A stretch of 61,860 bases of DNA, counting the filler, from Asterionella formosa (lineage: Eukaryota), in NCBI GenBank assembly GCA_002256025.1. It is 9 parts of 9 records of this genome, joined end to end, with 100 filler letters (N's around TTAATTAATTAA, not from the genome) between each part and the next. Parts side by side here need not be neighbours in the genome. Positions count along the whole stretch, not along the records: positions 20,680 to 27,474 come from NKIB01012608.1; positions 27,575 to 34,366 come from NKIB01012609.1; positions 34,467 to 41,244 come from NKIB01012610.1; 6 more parts are not named here. The stretch is one strand, 5' to 3'. Below are positions 21,558 through 35,080 of this stretch, piece by piece; the first letter of the stretch is position 1, and every line of letters starts with the position of its first letter. Under the pieces are notes generated by a model. It had not been told where the DNA came from. It saw only the letters and a list, made by a program, of their open reading frames with translations, and made no database searches. The translations under genes were made by a program, and so were the position numbers.

Positions 21558-24500
21558 GAATATAGAAACGGAAAGAGAAACGAACGTCTCTATCTATAGT
21601 CTTCTTTGTCTAACGATATAGATCTATACAAAAGGTAATACTTTAACACTGGGATACTATTTTGCAAGTTGTGGTCATTTTGCTGAAATTGATAATTGTA
21701 GACGAAGGACAGGTGCTTTGTTCTTCAGAGTAAATGGAGAACGTCATCAATTCATATTTCGAAATTGACTGTATCACGACTTAGTGACGTAGGTAGGTTT
21801 TATGCAAATTAATTCGTCCAAACGCGGAAATGTCAAAACGAGGGCCAAAACTGGCTAACTAAAAGCAAATGACAATGACCGGTGTGCATAGTAGCTAAGG
21901 ATGGCCCAAAGCTATAGGAAGCAAAAGTAATTAAGTCTTGCATAATTTGCTGCATTCTTTCCAAACTCAAATTCGTTCTCCTTTTCGGCCGAAGTGATGA
22001 AAAATACCAATAATAAACGGTTCTAAAGAAGTTGGGATTTCAATATTACGCAACAACTTCCACATCTAAGCCGCGTTTTAAGTAATGTGATCATCACGTA
22101 AATAAGCCTAGTTGATTGTGAATTGATCACATGAATTAGTTGAATACATCAAAATGCTTACTTGAAAATATCTATATAATATCTGAATACATCACGTTCA
22201 TTATTTGATCAGAGTATCATGCATGCATCATCACTATATTACGTGATCACCTTCACGTAATTATTTGAAATACTTCAATTAATTCTGTAATTTAGTTCAC
22301 ATTGCCTTAAATTTTTGTTCACGTAATGTATTAAATTTGTTTACGTAATTTAAAAGTACTATCAAATAATGTTGATTACTAATTCAACAACCGGTATTTC
22401 ACATTACATGGGAAACAAATCTCGAGATGCAATCAAACAAAGCTGTTCTATCAGAATGGAATCTTCAGTCTTGAGAATGCAGGCGCTATGAGACATCTGT
22501 AAGGACATTGCAAGACGAGGAGAAGCCATTCATTCAGAAGGGGGAAATTATTCACTCTTGAACAGGCATCATTCTACGAAGTTGCAAAATGAATGCATCA
22601 CTCACTGGCTTTCTTCTTATCCTTGAAATGACTTCTTCATTGACCTGCAAAGATTTACATAACAACAGTGTGTCAGTAATTCATATGATAGAACTAGCAA
22701 CATCAGAAAGCAACACACAGATGTGGTAGTATTCAACTGTTTCTCAGGGTAGTCGAATTGGAACAACAAAATGGCATCAGCCAGGCAGCACCACAACTTA
22801 CTGATGCGTTCAAGAGAATGCTCCTGTTGTGAAAGGGACGGCTAAAATGAAAAATGAAGGTAGACAACAATAACAGAACCATGTGATTTATCGCTCGCTT
22901 TGCTGATACAATTATGAAAACTGAAGATTAAGCTGACCTTGAAGGCCTCCATTGCGGGTCTCCATATTGTGTCATTTCATCTGCTATCACTCATACTTTC
23001 CAAAGAACACTGCTTTTCTGAAAAGCCTATTCAAATGTCAAATGAATGTTGAAAACAAAAGCATGACATATCATGAGTTACTATCCCTTGCTTGGTGATA
23101 CAATAGCAAAATAGCAAGCCAATGAATCTTACCTTAAAAGCATCGATTGCTTACGATCTCAATGTTGCATCATTCAACCTTCTGTTGCTTGTTGCAACAA
23201 ACAATATGTGTTTTCTTGGCAGGTGATGAATGATTTGTTAATGGTGAGGCGCTGAAAAGCTAGAAGGGGATGCTGCTTTTAAGGGTTGTCCCCATGTTGA
23301 AATCATATGTTGTGCACAGTGGTGGTTAAATGTTGTCTTTTTGAATTCAGAGGGTCAAAAATCCTGGCGCAGCCATGACTTCATCTTTGTACCAACAGAA
23401 CCTACAATCTAGATGAAAAAATCTGGCGCAGTCTTACTTCGTCGGGAAAAATTCTGATGCTACAAGTGTGACCTTAAACAAATACCGGTATGAAAAGAAG
23501 GAGAGGACACAGCCAGTCGTGGTTACTCTTAATATATTCACAGTATGAACGCCATATTCTATTAGCTATAATAAGGGGAATACGGGAAGCAATGCTGGTA
23601 GTGCAAACCTACAGTTCCACAGGATGCACTTAGAAATGAGTACATTTTCTCAGTACGAACGAAATAATTCCTATTGTAACAAGAAGGGAAAGACGGAAAT
23701 ACTGGTAGGGCAAACCTACAGTCTCACACTTGTAACGATGACCTGGTACCTGGTACCTGGTACCTACCAGCCAGGAGTACCTGGTGGTATCATACAGTAT
23801 AGCTATTTGTTAGTATGTCTGAGTGCAGCGTCAAAAGACCCAAGGTACAAGGTAACAGGTACTCCCCTGGTACTAGCCCTGGTAGTAGTAAATAGTAGTA
23901 TGTATCATAGTAGCCCTGTGTAGGCCTTGTATACCGGTACCTGGTCCCAGGTAGCTACCATACCTACTATTCATTAGCTGAGGTCAACACACTCAGCATC
24001 ACGATGCCATTCCAGACATATTCACAATACACCAGGTATGTTATCCATATATTTTGTATCTTCAGATTTCATAAGAAATATAGGTTATGTAAAAGAATAA
24101 GAGAATTCATATTGGATGCTGACAATATCGATGGTAAGGATGATTGTTGATATGCTTCATGCACCCACTTGCCGACAACCACATCGCTTCGATTTTCTCC
24201 ATCAATATATGCCCAATAGCACTCCGAAGATTTGAAGTGGATAAACACACACTAATTCGAATAAATATCTAGTTCAGCATTTCAAATTCAATAATAAATG
24301 ATTCGTTCCATACCTGTTTTGTCCTCATTAGGGTTGGTTGTTGCTTGTATCCTCACGAATCATGTCGCAATATTTCTCGAGATCCATTTTGCTCCGTTTT
24401 TCTCCATCAATTAAGGGCAGATTGCAATCAAACAATTTGTAGTGAAGTCGTCTTTCGCAATGATTTATCCTCTAAAAAATTTATCTTGAACTTTTAAAAT

Positions 24501-27500
24501 GTTTTGTTGTAACATCAACTAGTCCTGCCTTGGAAATAACTGTTTGATTGTGAACCAGCCTTCACATGAAACCACGATAAGTAATCTGGTTCAGCAAAAC
24601 AGTTTTAAATATTATTTACGTGAATTGCACAAACATAAACTGTACCTGTTAGCATGAATTAAGACACCACAAATATCCTTACTATTTCACAAAGGAAGAT
24701 GCATGTCGTAAATGAATTAGCCATGAGAGCAGGGTCTTAGTTGAACTTTGAAATGAATTATTTGAAACATCAACTAATTCAGTCTCGAGTTCAAAGTTTT
24801 TTTGTGAAATCTTCACATGAAACCGTTAAAACTTCACATGAAACCGTTAAAAGTAACCTTTTCTCCGGGAAGAGTGGCATTAATTCATGTGAAGTACCAC
24901 ATAATTAACACTCCTACGTAGAACAAATTTCGAAAAGTGGCGTAATTTTTATTCCCATAATAATAGTTGTTTTACATGATGCTTCACTATTAATAATTGG
25001 TTTCGGGTCAAATACGACTCTAGTTTCTTATTTTGTTGACGGTTTAAGTAATATTTACTGACAATTGCTGCTGGACAGCCTCTTGACAATCACCGGTTGT
25101 TATTTGTCTTACTGTATACATATGTAATACCAATTGTTGCTTGCATCTTTGTTCTGCTCTGTTACACTTTGCTTCTTGCCATGTAGTACCGTGGCTAGTT
25201 ACCTGTGTCCACTAGCATTTTCATTTACTGGTATGTACTGAGCGACAGACATAATTTTTGTTTTTCATTCCTCCGCGCGCCTCTTCATCATAACCAACAA
25301 TGTCAACTCCTTCCGTAGCATCCACCACTCCTGCAGGATTCTGGACAGCACCACCAGTGGCAAGAAAATCCACTGTTGGGGCCTGTTGTTCACCATGATG
25401 CGATGTTGCACACAACCTGAGAAGTAGTGCTTGTCTTGTTTGTGGCGCTGATGCATCGCTATTGCGCCTGAACCATCGTACAAGTACCTTTAGATTAGCT
25501 ACATCACCCCATCTTTCAACTATAATTATCCAAGTTTCTTAAATGATAAAATTCGAACCATGTACAAGCTTTATTGTAGATGATAGAAATGGCTGGGATA
25601 GCTATCATACAATCAGTTTTGAAGCACCAGGTACTAGAACAGACAGTTATGGAGATCAAAGCCTATTTATGTCACCCATTTCGACTCATAACGTTGTCTA
25701 TAAGAACATAGTTTTTAATTCATACATGAACCTTCTTTTCTACCCCCAAACCGTGTTTTATTTTACTCTGTTATTACCACAAAAACTATGATGATTTATT
25801 ACTTTTATACTATAATCACTGGTACCAGGTGCCTGGGTTTTAAGTACCTATCATAAACACCACAAAGAAATTGTTCTGACATCGCATTTCAATCACTTAA
25901 GGTTCTCATCTGTCCAGTGGTCCTCCTATGAATTGTTTCAACTCAGCTCACGGGTAACTGTGGTGATCACTCATGAAAATATCTCACAGGCACTTTTTCA
26001 GGTAGGCATGCTGAGAGATCGCAGATGATGTTCTCCATTGTGGTGGTGAAGGACCTTGTTGAATATTTTGCACTGACAAAATATTCTATTCGGACACTTA
26101 ATTAATCTTTTAATGGATATTTTATAAAGTACCTGTGGATGATGCCAGCTGGATGGAGAAAAAATTAATTTAGCTTCTTCATTCCATTTCTCGTTGACAG
26201 CAACCTTGGAGCGAGTTTAATTATGTATGTCACGCAAAATAGCTGATAAGTTCGAAGTACAATTTATTGTTCGGTGTATAAATCGCTACAAAATTGCTAG
26301 AATAATTATGTTCGTATCTAGCATATTTAGTCCAAAACGTGAATTTACTAGATTTAACATTGACTTTCAGTTCAAAACCTTCAAAACGTTTGGTACCCAA
26401 GGTAGCACTCGCAAGTCCTTGTATATTATAATTTAGTTTAGATTAATCGAATCTTTTGTATATATTTTGAGATAGGTTGTTTTCACAACGGAAAATGAGA
26501 ACAATTTTTTTTGAACAATTTTGAGTTTGGATAGAATATAGCAATGTAACGAAGACTTGCTTACTTTCCCTTGCAGTCGAACAAATCGGAGTGCTTCTAC
26601 CACATCACTATAAATTTCCTGCGTCAGATGCACATTTTGAGGAGACACGAAGAAAACAGCTGACTGTTTGTTTGCCATTGTTACTGATATATATTTGTGA
26701 AATTTATCTCTGTACAGATTAGATATTTTTTTGCAATATTTAGTCCAACCTGGTTGGCCTACTTGAAATTATATTCTAGATCAAACACATCACGTAAAAT
26801 ATTGCATTACTACTTCACACCCTGAATTTTTGGTAAGACCAGCATCTAAACAATGGGCAGAACAAAATTTACATAAGTAAATGACTTCTTCCCTAGGGTA
26901 GACCACACCTATCCATACCCAATAATACAAAAAGTACTGATTATATGTTGCAGGAGGACATGTAATGCACAATATATATATTATATATATGTATATTAAT
27001 GTATGAATATAAATATAATAAGCATCCTTTTTGGCTCATAGTCATGGTTGTATTGGCGTATAGCACTATACAAGCAAGCGTTTTTCGCTAATAACATTTG
27101 ACATGATGATGCAATCACTTCAACAGTTCCTTGCTTCTATGTTTGCATCAAATTTCTAATTTTCGGGCATTTCTAATCGTACTACTGTAGCTGGTCCTAA
27201 ATTTAGATTTCCCTTGAATCTCTCTCTCCCTCATATATATGAAACGCAATAGATATTAGGATTGCAGTGATGACACGCATGCAGCAACAAGTATAGCAAG
27301 TGAAGTAAATGCAAGGAGATGCAAATTCATACACTGGTCTTTATTTCAACTTATCCGTTCTGTGCTCCTTACATAATTCTATTATTCAAGAGTACATCAC
27401 AACCAGCATCTGCCTCGAGAAAAGTAGTAGACTGCAGTAGACTACCCTGAAACAAATCTATCACACTGTGTCTTNNNNNNNNNNNNNNNNNNNNNNNNNN

Positions 27501-27574
27501 NNNNNNNNNNNNNNNNNNTTAATTAATTAANNNNNNNNNNNNNNNNNNNNNNNNNNNNNNNNNNNNNNNNNNNN

Positions 27575-28251
27575 CATCATCATCATAATTCAGCATTTCA
27601 TGTTCATTGCAGTCCATGGCCTGCTCCATACCAGTAGTAGTGCTACTGTTAGCATTATTCTTATAATTTTGTTCCATCATTTCTTTTTCCGTTTTCTTTT
27701 TCAAGGCATGTGCCGCAAGAGCTTCTCGCTTTCGTTCACCCAATACATGTTTAATAGCTGCCATACCTTTTTTCACCTTGACTCTACGTTCAGGTTGCAC
27801 CATAAGGATACTCTTGCGTCTCGAGAGATTAGCTTCTGTCAAGAGCATATTCTTCTCTTTGTACAAGACGTACCTGTTCAAAAGTAAGGATATACTCTAA
27901 TGTGTAAGTATCATAGCACAATATCCTCGCTCCAAAAACGCACACTCCGCTCACATGAAATCTTTAAATATGTATTGTCACGTACCATAACTTATGTAAA
28001 TCATCATATGATTTACGTCGAAGTTCCTTCACTGACCATGCTCGACCAACTATCTCATTCATACGTTGTGTTCGTGTCAATCGATCTCGGAATTCATCTA
28101 AAGGCATGGCCAACGGCCGAGTCGTTGTTGCGATGGAACGGACAACAGCTGCAGCACCAACATGGTTGCTAGCAGCAGTAGCAGTAGCAGTAGCGTTAGT
28201 TCGTTGCAGTCGTGCTGCCACTTGTAGTAGTCGTTGTGAGGATGATAACAT
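27575..28251 (-). CDS. MRPL47: Mitochondrial ribosomal protein uL29m (L47); intron 27874-27985; 3' end runs into linker
   Basis: GRAWSVKELRRKSYDDLHKLW|YVLYKEKNMLLT...RRVKVKKGMAAIKHVLGER; Arg/Ala-rich presequence; GTACGT...ACAG intron restores W-Y. Confidence 0.92.
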
Positions 28252-28499
28252 TGTCAAGGAAGTGGTAGGAAACAAAAGTAGTGTATGTAATGCTGTTGTA
28301 AAAGCTTGTGAGGAAACTTCGACAGCATCAAGTACCTGGTACCTGGTACCAATAGACTGACTACCGGTACCAGGTAGCTGGTACCAAGTATCACCGGTAA
28401 TCTAGAGGGTGGTACCAGGTACACCAGGTACACCAGGTAGCAGATCGTCACTAACTACATCCAGGGCAGAGAGTACCTGGTGCCGGAACCGTTAGCTAG

Positions 28500-29887
28500 T
28501 TGTGCAAAATGCGGTAAATGAGATGTGAAGCTTTATTTGGATATGTTCTACGGGTGAAACAGGGCACTTGTCTTCACCTTTCCTATCTTCTTGGTCGCCT
28601 TTGTGCGGCAGACAATGTAGGTCAGCTAATCAGAATTACAATTGACACTCTCCAAATCCTTCTCGGCCTCCCACAACCACCCCTGCTGCCTTATCCTTAT
28701 GCTTTAATCAAAAAGTACATCTAACCCCTCATCTGATTCACCTCAACCTGGTCCTTCCGGACAGAAGTAACCGGCTCCATCACTGTAAATGATCCATGGA
28801 CCCTTCCTCTTGATATTATCAATGATTGCTTCCTGATGCCAACTGTTGCTGCCTTAGCCTCTGGCCCCTTTCTTTCCTCGCTCAGCGGAACGAATAAAGT
28901 TCAATCGCTGTTGGCTATATCTACAAGTCCTGACTTTGTCGGATTTAGGTGACAGTCCAGGGACTTCCATCTGTTCTACCTTCTGGTCAGGCAACCGAAC
29001 ATCCAGAGAGTCGTCCCTGAAGTGACCCAAACAGGTCCGCCCCTGTTCCACGAGCTGGACACTCTGGCGCAGGGTCCTGACACACCTTTTCACCTCTGGT
29101 AAACGCTCCCAGTATTTACACCCCGCCTTCCTCCTTCGCTAATGGCTCCCTGGGAGCCCCTCCCCCACCAGCAATGGTCCACATATCTCGGTCCAGCAAC
29201 TAACACATTTTACTGTCAACTCCACCAATATCCTACTCTGTGATCTCACTCACACAGCCCAGTGTGCGTGTTCTATTCACTCTTCCAGTTACACTTGACG
29301 TGGTATATGTGACGAGCCACCAAGATTCCTGTCCTATCCCATACCCCCATGCCTCCCTCTCCCAGCCAGGCAGCGAAACTAAATATTCAGGCGGATGCTC
29401 TGACACAGCATACGGCTTATGTTGAATGCCCGCACCCCACAGTTACCCCTCTTTCCCCAGAAGTTTTTACCAGCACACTTTCCCTAAACTCAGTAGCTGT
29501 CACATCCGACCTTCAGGAAATAGCAGTGCTTCAATATTACACCCCCGCCCTACTTCAGTATTTTCAGGCCACTCCTTATCATGGCTGGTCCCCACACACT
29601 GTTCAGACCATTGATTGGCTCTCCACCTCTTGAGATCTAGTACAGAAGCTTTCCTATAGTACCAAAGAAGCAATTTTCAAACTTGTTAATGGCCAATGGC
29701 CAACATATAAGCAACTACAACGCCGGAGGCAGCACCCGCCCCACTGCCATCTGTCCTTGTTGCTCCACCTCTTCTCTGGAAACACATGATCATGTACACT
29801 AGTAATGCAGAGCTGCACAAGCCAACAATGCACTTCACTGGGAACTACTTCAACACCAGCTCCAATACACTCTCAAGACACCTCTTT
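28500..29887 (+). mobile_element. Degenerate non-LTR retrotransposon (LINE) 3' portion
   Basis: Broken-frame motifs FNRCWLYLQVLTLSDL, (W)PKQVRP...WTLWRRVL, RNase H-like YVTSHQD and LNIQADAL, IDW, and terminal CPCCS...ETHDHV knuckle. Confidence 0.65.
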
Positions 29888-29983
29888 GTCTGCAAATAAA
29901 AAGTCTCATGCATATAGGATCAAGGGTATTGTACGCTAAGTGGCACAGGATTTTCGTATATATGATAATTTTTGGATCAAAAC
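29888..29983 (+). repeat. ~95-bp transposon-terminus-like repeat; inverted copy at 34467-34562
   Basis: gtctgcaaataaaaagtctcatg...atcaagggtattgtacgctaagtggcacaggattttc...tatgata aligns with the reverse complement of 34467-34562; core TACGCTAAGTGGCACAGGATTTTC is identical. Confidence 0.85.
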
Positions 29984-32900
29984 TATGATCAAGGTATCTT
30001 ATAACTATGATGATTTATTAATATTTTACCGACCTTGAAGTATAATGATAGTAAGAAAATTTTCATCACACAATGTATATCAACTGATCAACAACATTTC
30101 TCATCAACATCATAAACCTTCTCATATTATTTTCAATTCTCGTGATCGCCTGATGTAAATTACTACAACGCATCCTAAATCAGCTCAACTCTATGCTATC
30201 ATTTAAATTGTTTCATCGTAAATCTATTGTAAACATGATCATAATTCTAATCACAAGCATTGTTCAAAATAGATTGAAATGGATCGTAATTTAACTATCA
30301 AATTAAGCAATGCTATCTATTAATCTACAGCATGCCAGCGACCCAACTTTTCTCTCTCTAGTACTCGGCTCAATGTGTATTGTTCCTGTCTTTCCCTTTT
30401 CTTCCTCTTTTCTGAATCTTGTGCCAAACAATGCCATACTAATGTTCTGTCTCTCTCCCTGCTGTTAGTGTCATTCTGAACTAGCCGACTATTCCGTTGT
30501 TTGATCGGTTTTATCGTCCTATGCAGTTACAGTAACAATGAGAAGGAATGACTTGTTAGCTAGACATGTTACACTAACACAACATCACAACATTCAATTG
30601 TATCCTCTTGCTTGCTTCACTTACCACAGCCAAATCAAAGCAAGTGATGCATAAGTCTGTAATAGTAAATTGTCAGTAATTTCTTGAATAAGTAAGTTTC
30701 AGGTTTCCAATGTTGCCGAATAAAACTCACCGATTCATTTTCGTTAGCTTAAGTTTGAGAGAAGGTAAAGTGGCGTGTCCGTCAGTTATGTTCCATCAGA
30801 AGTGAATACTGGGTCCAACGACAAGAGCACTTACCAATTTTGTTTTGTTTTACATTGGTGCTCCCCGACAAGCAAAACGAGCTGTTGAATCAACTAAAAA
30901 AAGGAAATGTGCGTTTAGTTTACAATTTGTTGTTGTCCTGCCTCCCAACAATTGTCATCCAAGTACCAGCCACATTGATGGCTTCATTACCTTACAAGAT
31001 ATGCTATTACTCAAACTTGGTTCTGATTTTGTATATGATAATGTAAATAGCGCTGTTGGTTTTATGGTATCATATCTAGACAGCGTAAAATATTTTATGT
31101 ACTGGCTGATGATTCATTTCATTGTAGCAAGCAACACCTGATTTTAAGATCATCGAACTTTAAGGAAGAGAACGAAAACAGTTATCTAGTAGTGCAATGT
31201 CTTCAAAAAACCATAAAGAGGTTCATGGAAACAAGCGACATATGGCAAATACTGCCGGTATGGAACAAAGAAGCAAGTACCAAAATGAGTTAACAAAGAA
31301 AAATCGAATAGGCGATTATCCAAAGAAACCCAATCAGCAACAGGGAGTTAGTGGGTGTACTACCCCATCATCGATGGGGACACCATCAGCTACTAGGAGT
31401 ACAAAGGCTCCCATAATTAATCCTGAAAGCGATGATGACGTTTCTTTTTCAGTTGTTGATACAAGAAAAATGGCTCCTGTCGATGATAACATTAAAAACT
31501 CCCGGATGCAGATGGACGATATGGTACCATGCATATCATAAATTCTCTAATTGCACGGACCAACAAGTATATGACAAACTGAGGGAAAAACATTTTGCAC
31601 TTAACAAAGGATATTATCAATTGGTCAATGAACTCAATCACTACAAAGGTCGCAATTCGAATTCGGTTCAAAACTTGTCCATACGAGGTTATCAATTTCA
31701 GCAGCCTTATCAGAACGTCGTTCCCGCTTAGCTAAAATTCAACCATCAATTGTAACAAAGGTTGTGAGTTTTATTTGCTTTTAAGACCAAGAAGTTTTGC
31801 TGTGAACATGTAAGTTTGAGTTTATAGTTCGTGAATTGCAGGTACTGTAAACAGAATATCAATCTAATGTGCTTTTTTCTGGTCCCAAAAGAGAATCAAG
31901 CATCCCGCCCTATCTGGTCCAAGTAGTACGAAAGGCATTTCCAATAACAAACAGGATTGGTTTGCTCAATGTTGCCTAACTCGGCTATAAACCACAGTGA
32001 AACTGGAGTTAGGTAAAGAAGTGGAGAGTGACCCAGAGCTTGCCGATTTCATATGGAATGGTTCCGATGCACTACTTCCGATGAATCAGACCATTGAACG
32101 TACCAACAAGGCATGTTTAGATTACATCAAATCAACATTTGGTGGCTGGTGGCATATGCATTAAAAAGTTAAATTGAATAATCAATTTAAAGGAATCTTA
32201 GGTAAGTTCTTGCAGGGCGGGAGATGCTCTGAAAGCATGATGTTTTGAGTCGGTGATTATATTCTTATCAATTATGTTAAAATTCAAAATGCTAACATAA
32301 TTCATGACACACCAGCTGGTCTAACAGAATATAACTTCCAGACTATGGATATTGATGACTTTATTAGGTGGGCGTTCACGCTTTATTGTTTTTCGCAGTC
32401 AAAGGACATTGACAGGGGAAGCCAAGGATACCAAGTCTGGCGTGATGTTCTTGCTCCAGTATATTATATAGGCAGGACAAGCCATGGAGAACCATTTTTA
32501 ACAGGAGACAAATCTGGTGTGACCAAATTTCAACTCAGTGTGAGAAATCTGATGTGACCAAGCCAAATTTCAACTAAGTCTTCGGGCACAGTGTATATTG
32601 CAATCACGTTTTGTTGGGTCAATGACAAATGCCAGTACAGAAGCATTTTGATTCTTGGTGCTAAAAGGAAAACTCCGATTGCAACAAAAATATTTGGGTT
32701 TCAATCCCGATAAGCAGGAAATNNNNNNNNNNNNNNNNNNNNNNNNNNNNNNNNNNNNNNNNNNNNNNNNNNNNNNNNNNNNNNNNNNNNNNNNNNNNNN
32801 NNNNNNNNNNNNNNNNNNNNNNNNNNNNNNNNNNNNNNNNNNNNNNNNNNNNNNNNNNNNNNNNCGCTATTCCATTCTACTGATTTTGTTGACATTGGTG

Positions 32901-34366
32901 GGAAACCACTTATCAAAAAGAGTGTGAGGGAAAAAAGTTCAGTTTCAAATGGTCTCACTGATCAATGGACTGATGATTTACTCGGTTACTATAAGGAAAT
33001 CTACACTAGACTTTCAGAAAAGAATCGATATGAACATGGAAGGAATCCTAGTGGAATTGCTACTTCCACAACAAATATCACACTCATACTTTTCATTTCC
33101 CACGGAAGTGAAGAGGATATGTATCAATATGTTGAACCACTTCAACCAAATGTTCCTAAGAAGAATATTGATTACAATGAACGCATTAATCAATGGGAAA
33201 TTGATGACAACGTTTATTTTGAATGGATCTAATAGAATCCAATGCATGCTTAGTAGTTATATAAAATAAATATAGTTATTGTGAGACTTCTACAATGCAC
33301 AAACCATTTCAAAGATGTTAGGAAAACAATGATGCTGCTCTATACTACTAGTAGTGGCGCCTGTTCTGTATGTAGCGGTATACCTCCATTTTTACTACTA
33401 TGGTGGAGTGATAATTTCACGACTCTGTATTGTCCAGTACAGCATGATCGGAGTGATGCTAAATTTATTATTGTTTATTATTCATATTCATTCTATCTTG
33501 TTCATATCCTGACTTGGTCATCATTTGAAATTTGTAATGTCTTTGCGGACATTGCAATGATACAACTGAATTGAGTGTTGTTGAATTTCATAACATACTT
33601 TCGGCAGCATTTGTTGTTCCTACTTTGAAACAACAGGAATCAAGGAGTTCTCTGAAACTGCAAGAAGTTTTGGAACAGATACGAAAAGATAAATTTTATG
33701 TTGCCATGCCTCCATGTCATTTATGGAAATCAATCGGGTGGGACCAATAACTAACAAGCGAACGTTGATAAAGATACAAGAATAATATTAATCACAGTGA
33801 TAATAGAGTTTCACATGCTTGTTAAGTTATTAGAAGGTGTTCACAAACTAAAATGTCCTGAGGAATGATGAGATTAGATGATCCCAAAGGTCCATCCATT
33901 ATTTGTTCTTTTTCACTTCCAAAGAACCTAAGATGGTTCTTCTCGTATCGTCCGAAATTTTTCTTCTCCACTTTTCAACTGGAGTTCAATATGAGTCTGT
34001 AAACTTTTTCAATTTGATTCCAGAATGGCTATCATCTGTTACAAAATATTTTTTCAACTTTTTGTCAATTTTGATGCATCAAGAAATTTGGCCAAGAGGT
34101 AGATGGTTATACCATCTGAAGGGAGCAACTTTTTCATTCATTTGTTGGATCATGGATTTCACCTTGACAACATCATCATTCTTGAAAGATGAATTGCAAG
34201 GAAGTCGTCCAAATACTTCGTTCAACATTTTTAAATCTAAATTGGAGCTCAAAATTTTGTCGATACAAAATTGAAGAGCAGTTATTTCCAAATGAAACAT
34301 AGACTATCCTCATGAATGTTTGTCGTTGTCACTTGAGGCCAAACTGTTCCAAGATGAAAGTATGTT
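29888..34366. mobile_element. Probable degenerate DNA transposon interior (AT-rich, broken ORFs)
   Basis: Begins with the terminal-type repeat. Fragmented ORFs at 31197-33232 (+). A minus-strand relic near 33690-33830 reads KHVKLYYHC*...GPTRLISINDMEAWQHK, loosely like CMC-group transposase H..H/GP...E motifs. Confidence 0.4.
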
Positions 34367-34562
34367 NNNNNNNNNNNNNNNNNNNNNNNNNNNNNNNNNN
34401 NNNNNNNNNNTTAATTAATTAANNNNNNNNNNNNNNNNNNNNNNNNNNNNNNNNNNNNNNNNNNNNTTTTTGATCGAAAAACTATCATATATGTGAAAAT
34501 CCTGTGCCACTTAGCGTATGAAACCCTTGATCATATTTTCATGATATTTTTTATTTACAGAC

Positions 34563-35080
34563 GATGGTGTGGGATTAAATCAATCTGTAATTCTTCAGCT
34601 AGTTCTAGTTGCATGGTGGACAATTGAAGAAGATCATAATCCGTTCGAAGTGTTGTGCCAGTTCGGCCACCGTATTTCCACTGTTTAATCCGAGACATCA
34701 ACACTGAATTATCTATGTACACTGACACCGTCATTCTTTTCATCAGAGTAACTGATGGCTGGCTCCATATATAGGATGTATGAAATGGTTGACAGCATTC
34801 CATCCAATAATCCACCCATCTCTGATCAAGCGAAGTGAGGACATTTTTTGACCTCTGCTGCTGGGGCTGGTAAGCAACATATCGTACTGTCATCGTGATT
34901 GCTTGTAGTAGGGGGGGGGGCAACCCACCACCATTTCTTGCACACCAGCCAGGCAAGACTGTGCAGGACACCAGTAAGGATGTTGGCAGTTTAACACAAC
35001 AATTGCTTCTCAAAGCAAGAAAAAATTGCGGGAATCAAACCAGCCACACAACCTCAGATCAAAGGCAATGTCCTTAACCA
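34563..35080 (-). mobile_element. Degenerate LINE RNase H-like fragment
   Basis: VSVYIDNSVLMSRI...TTLRTDYDLLQL...LQIDLIPHH resembles the LINE RNase H DN...DYD...HV region; cut off exactly at the terminal repeat. Confidence 0.45.

Noticed and set aside
29888..34562. One intact 4.7-kb transposon bounded by paired TIRs
   Set aside because: The repeats are on different contigs, flanks share no evident TSD, and the flanking LINE relics are oppositely oriented.
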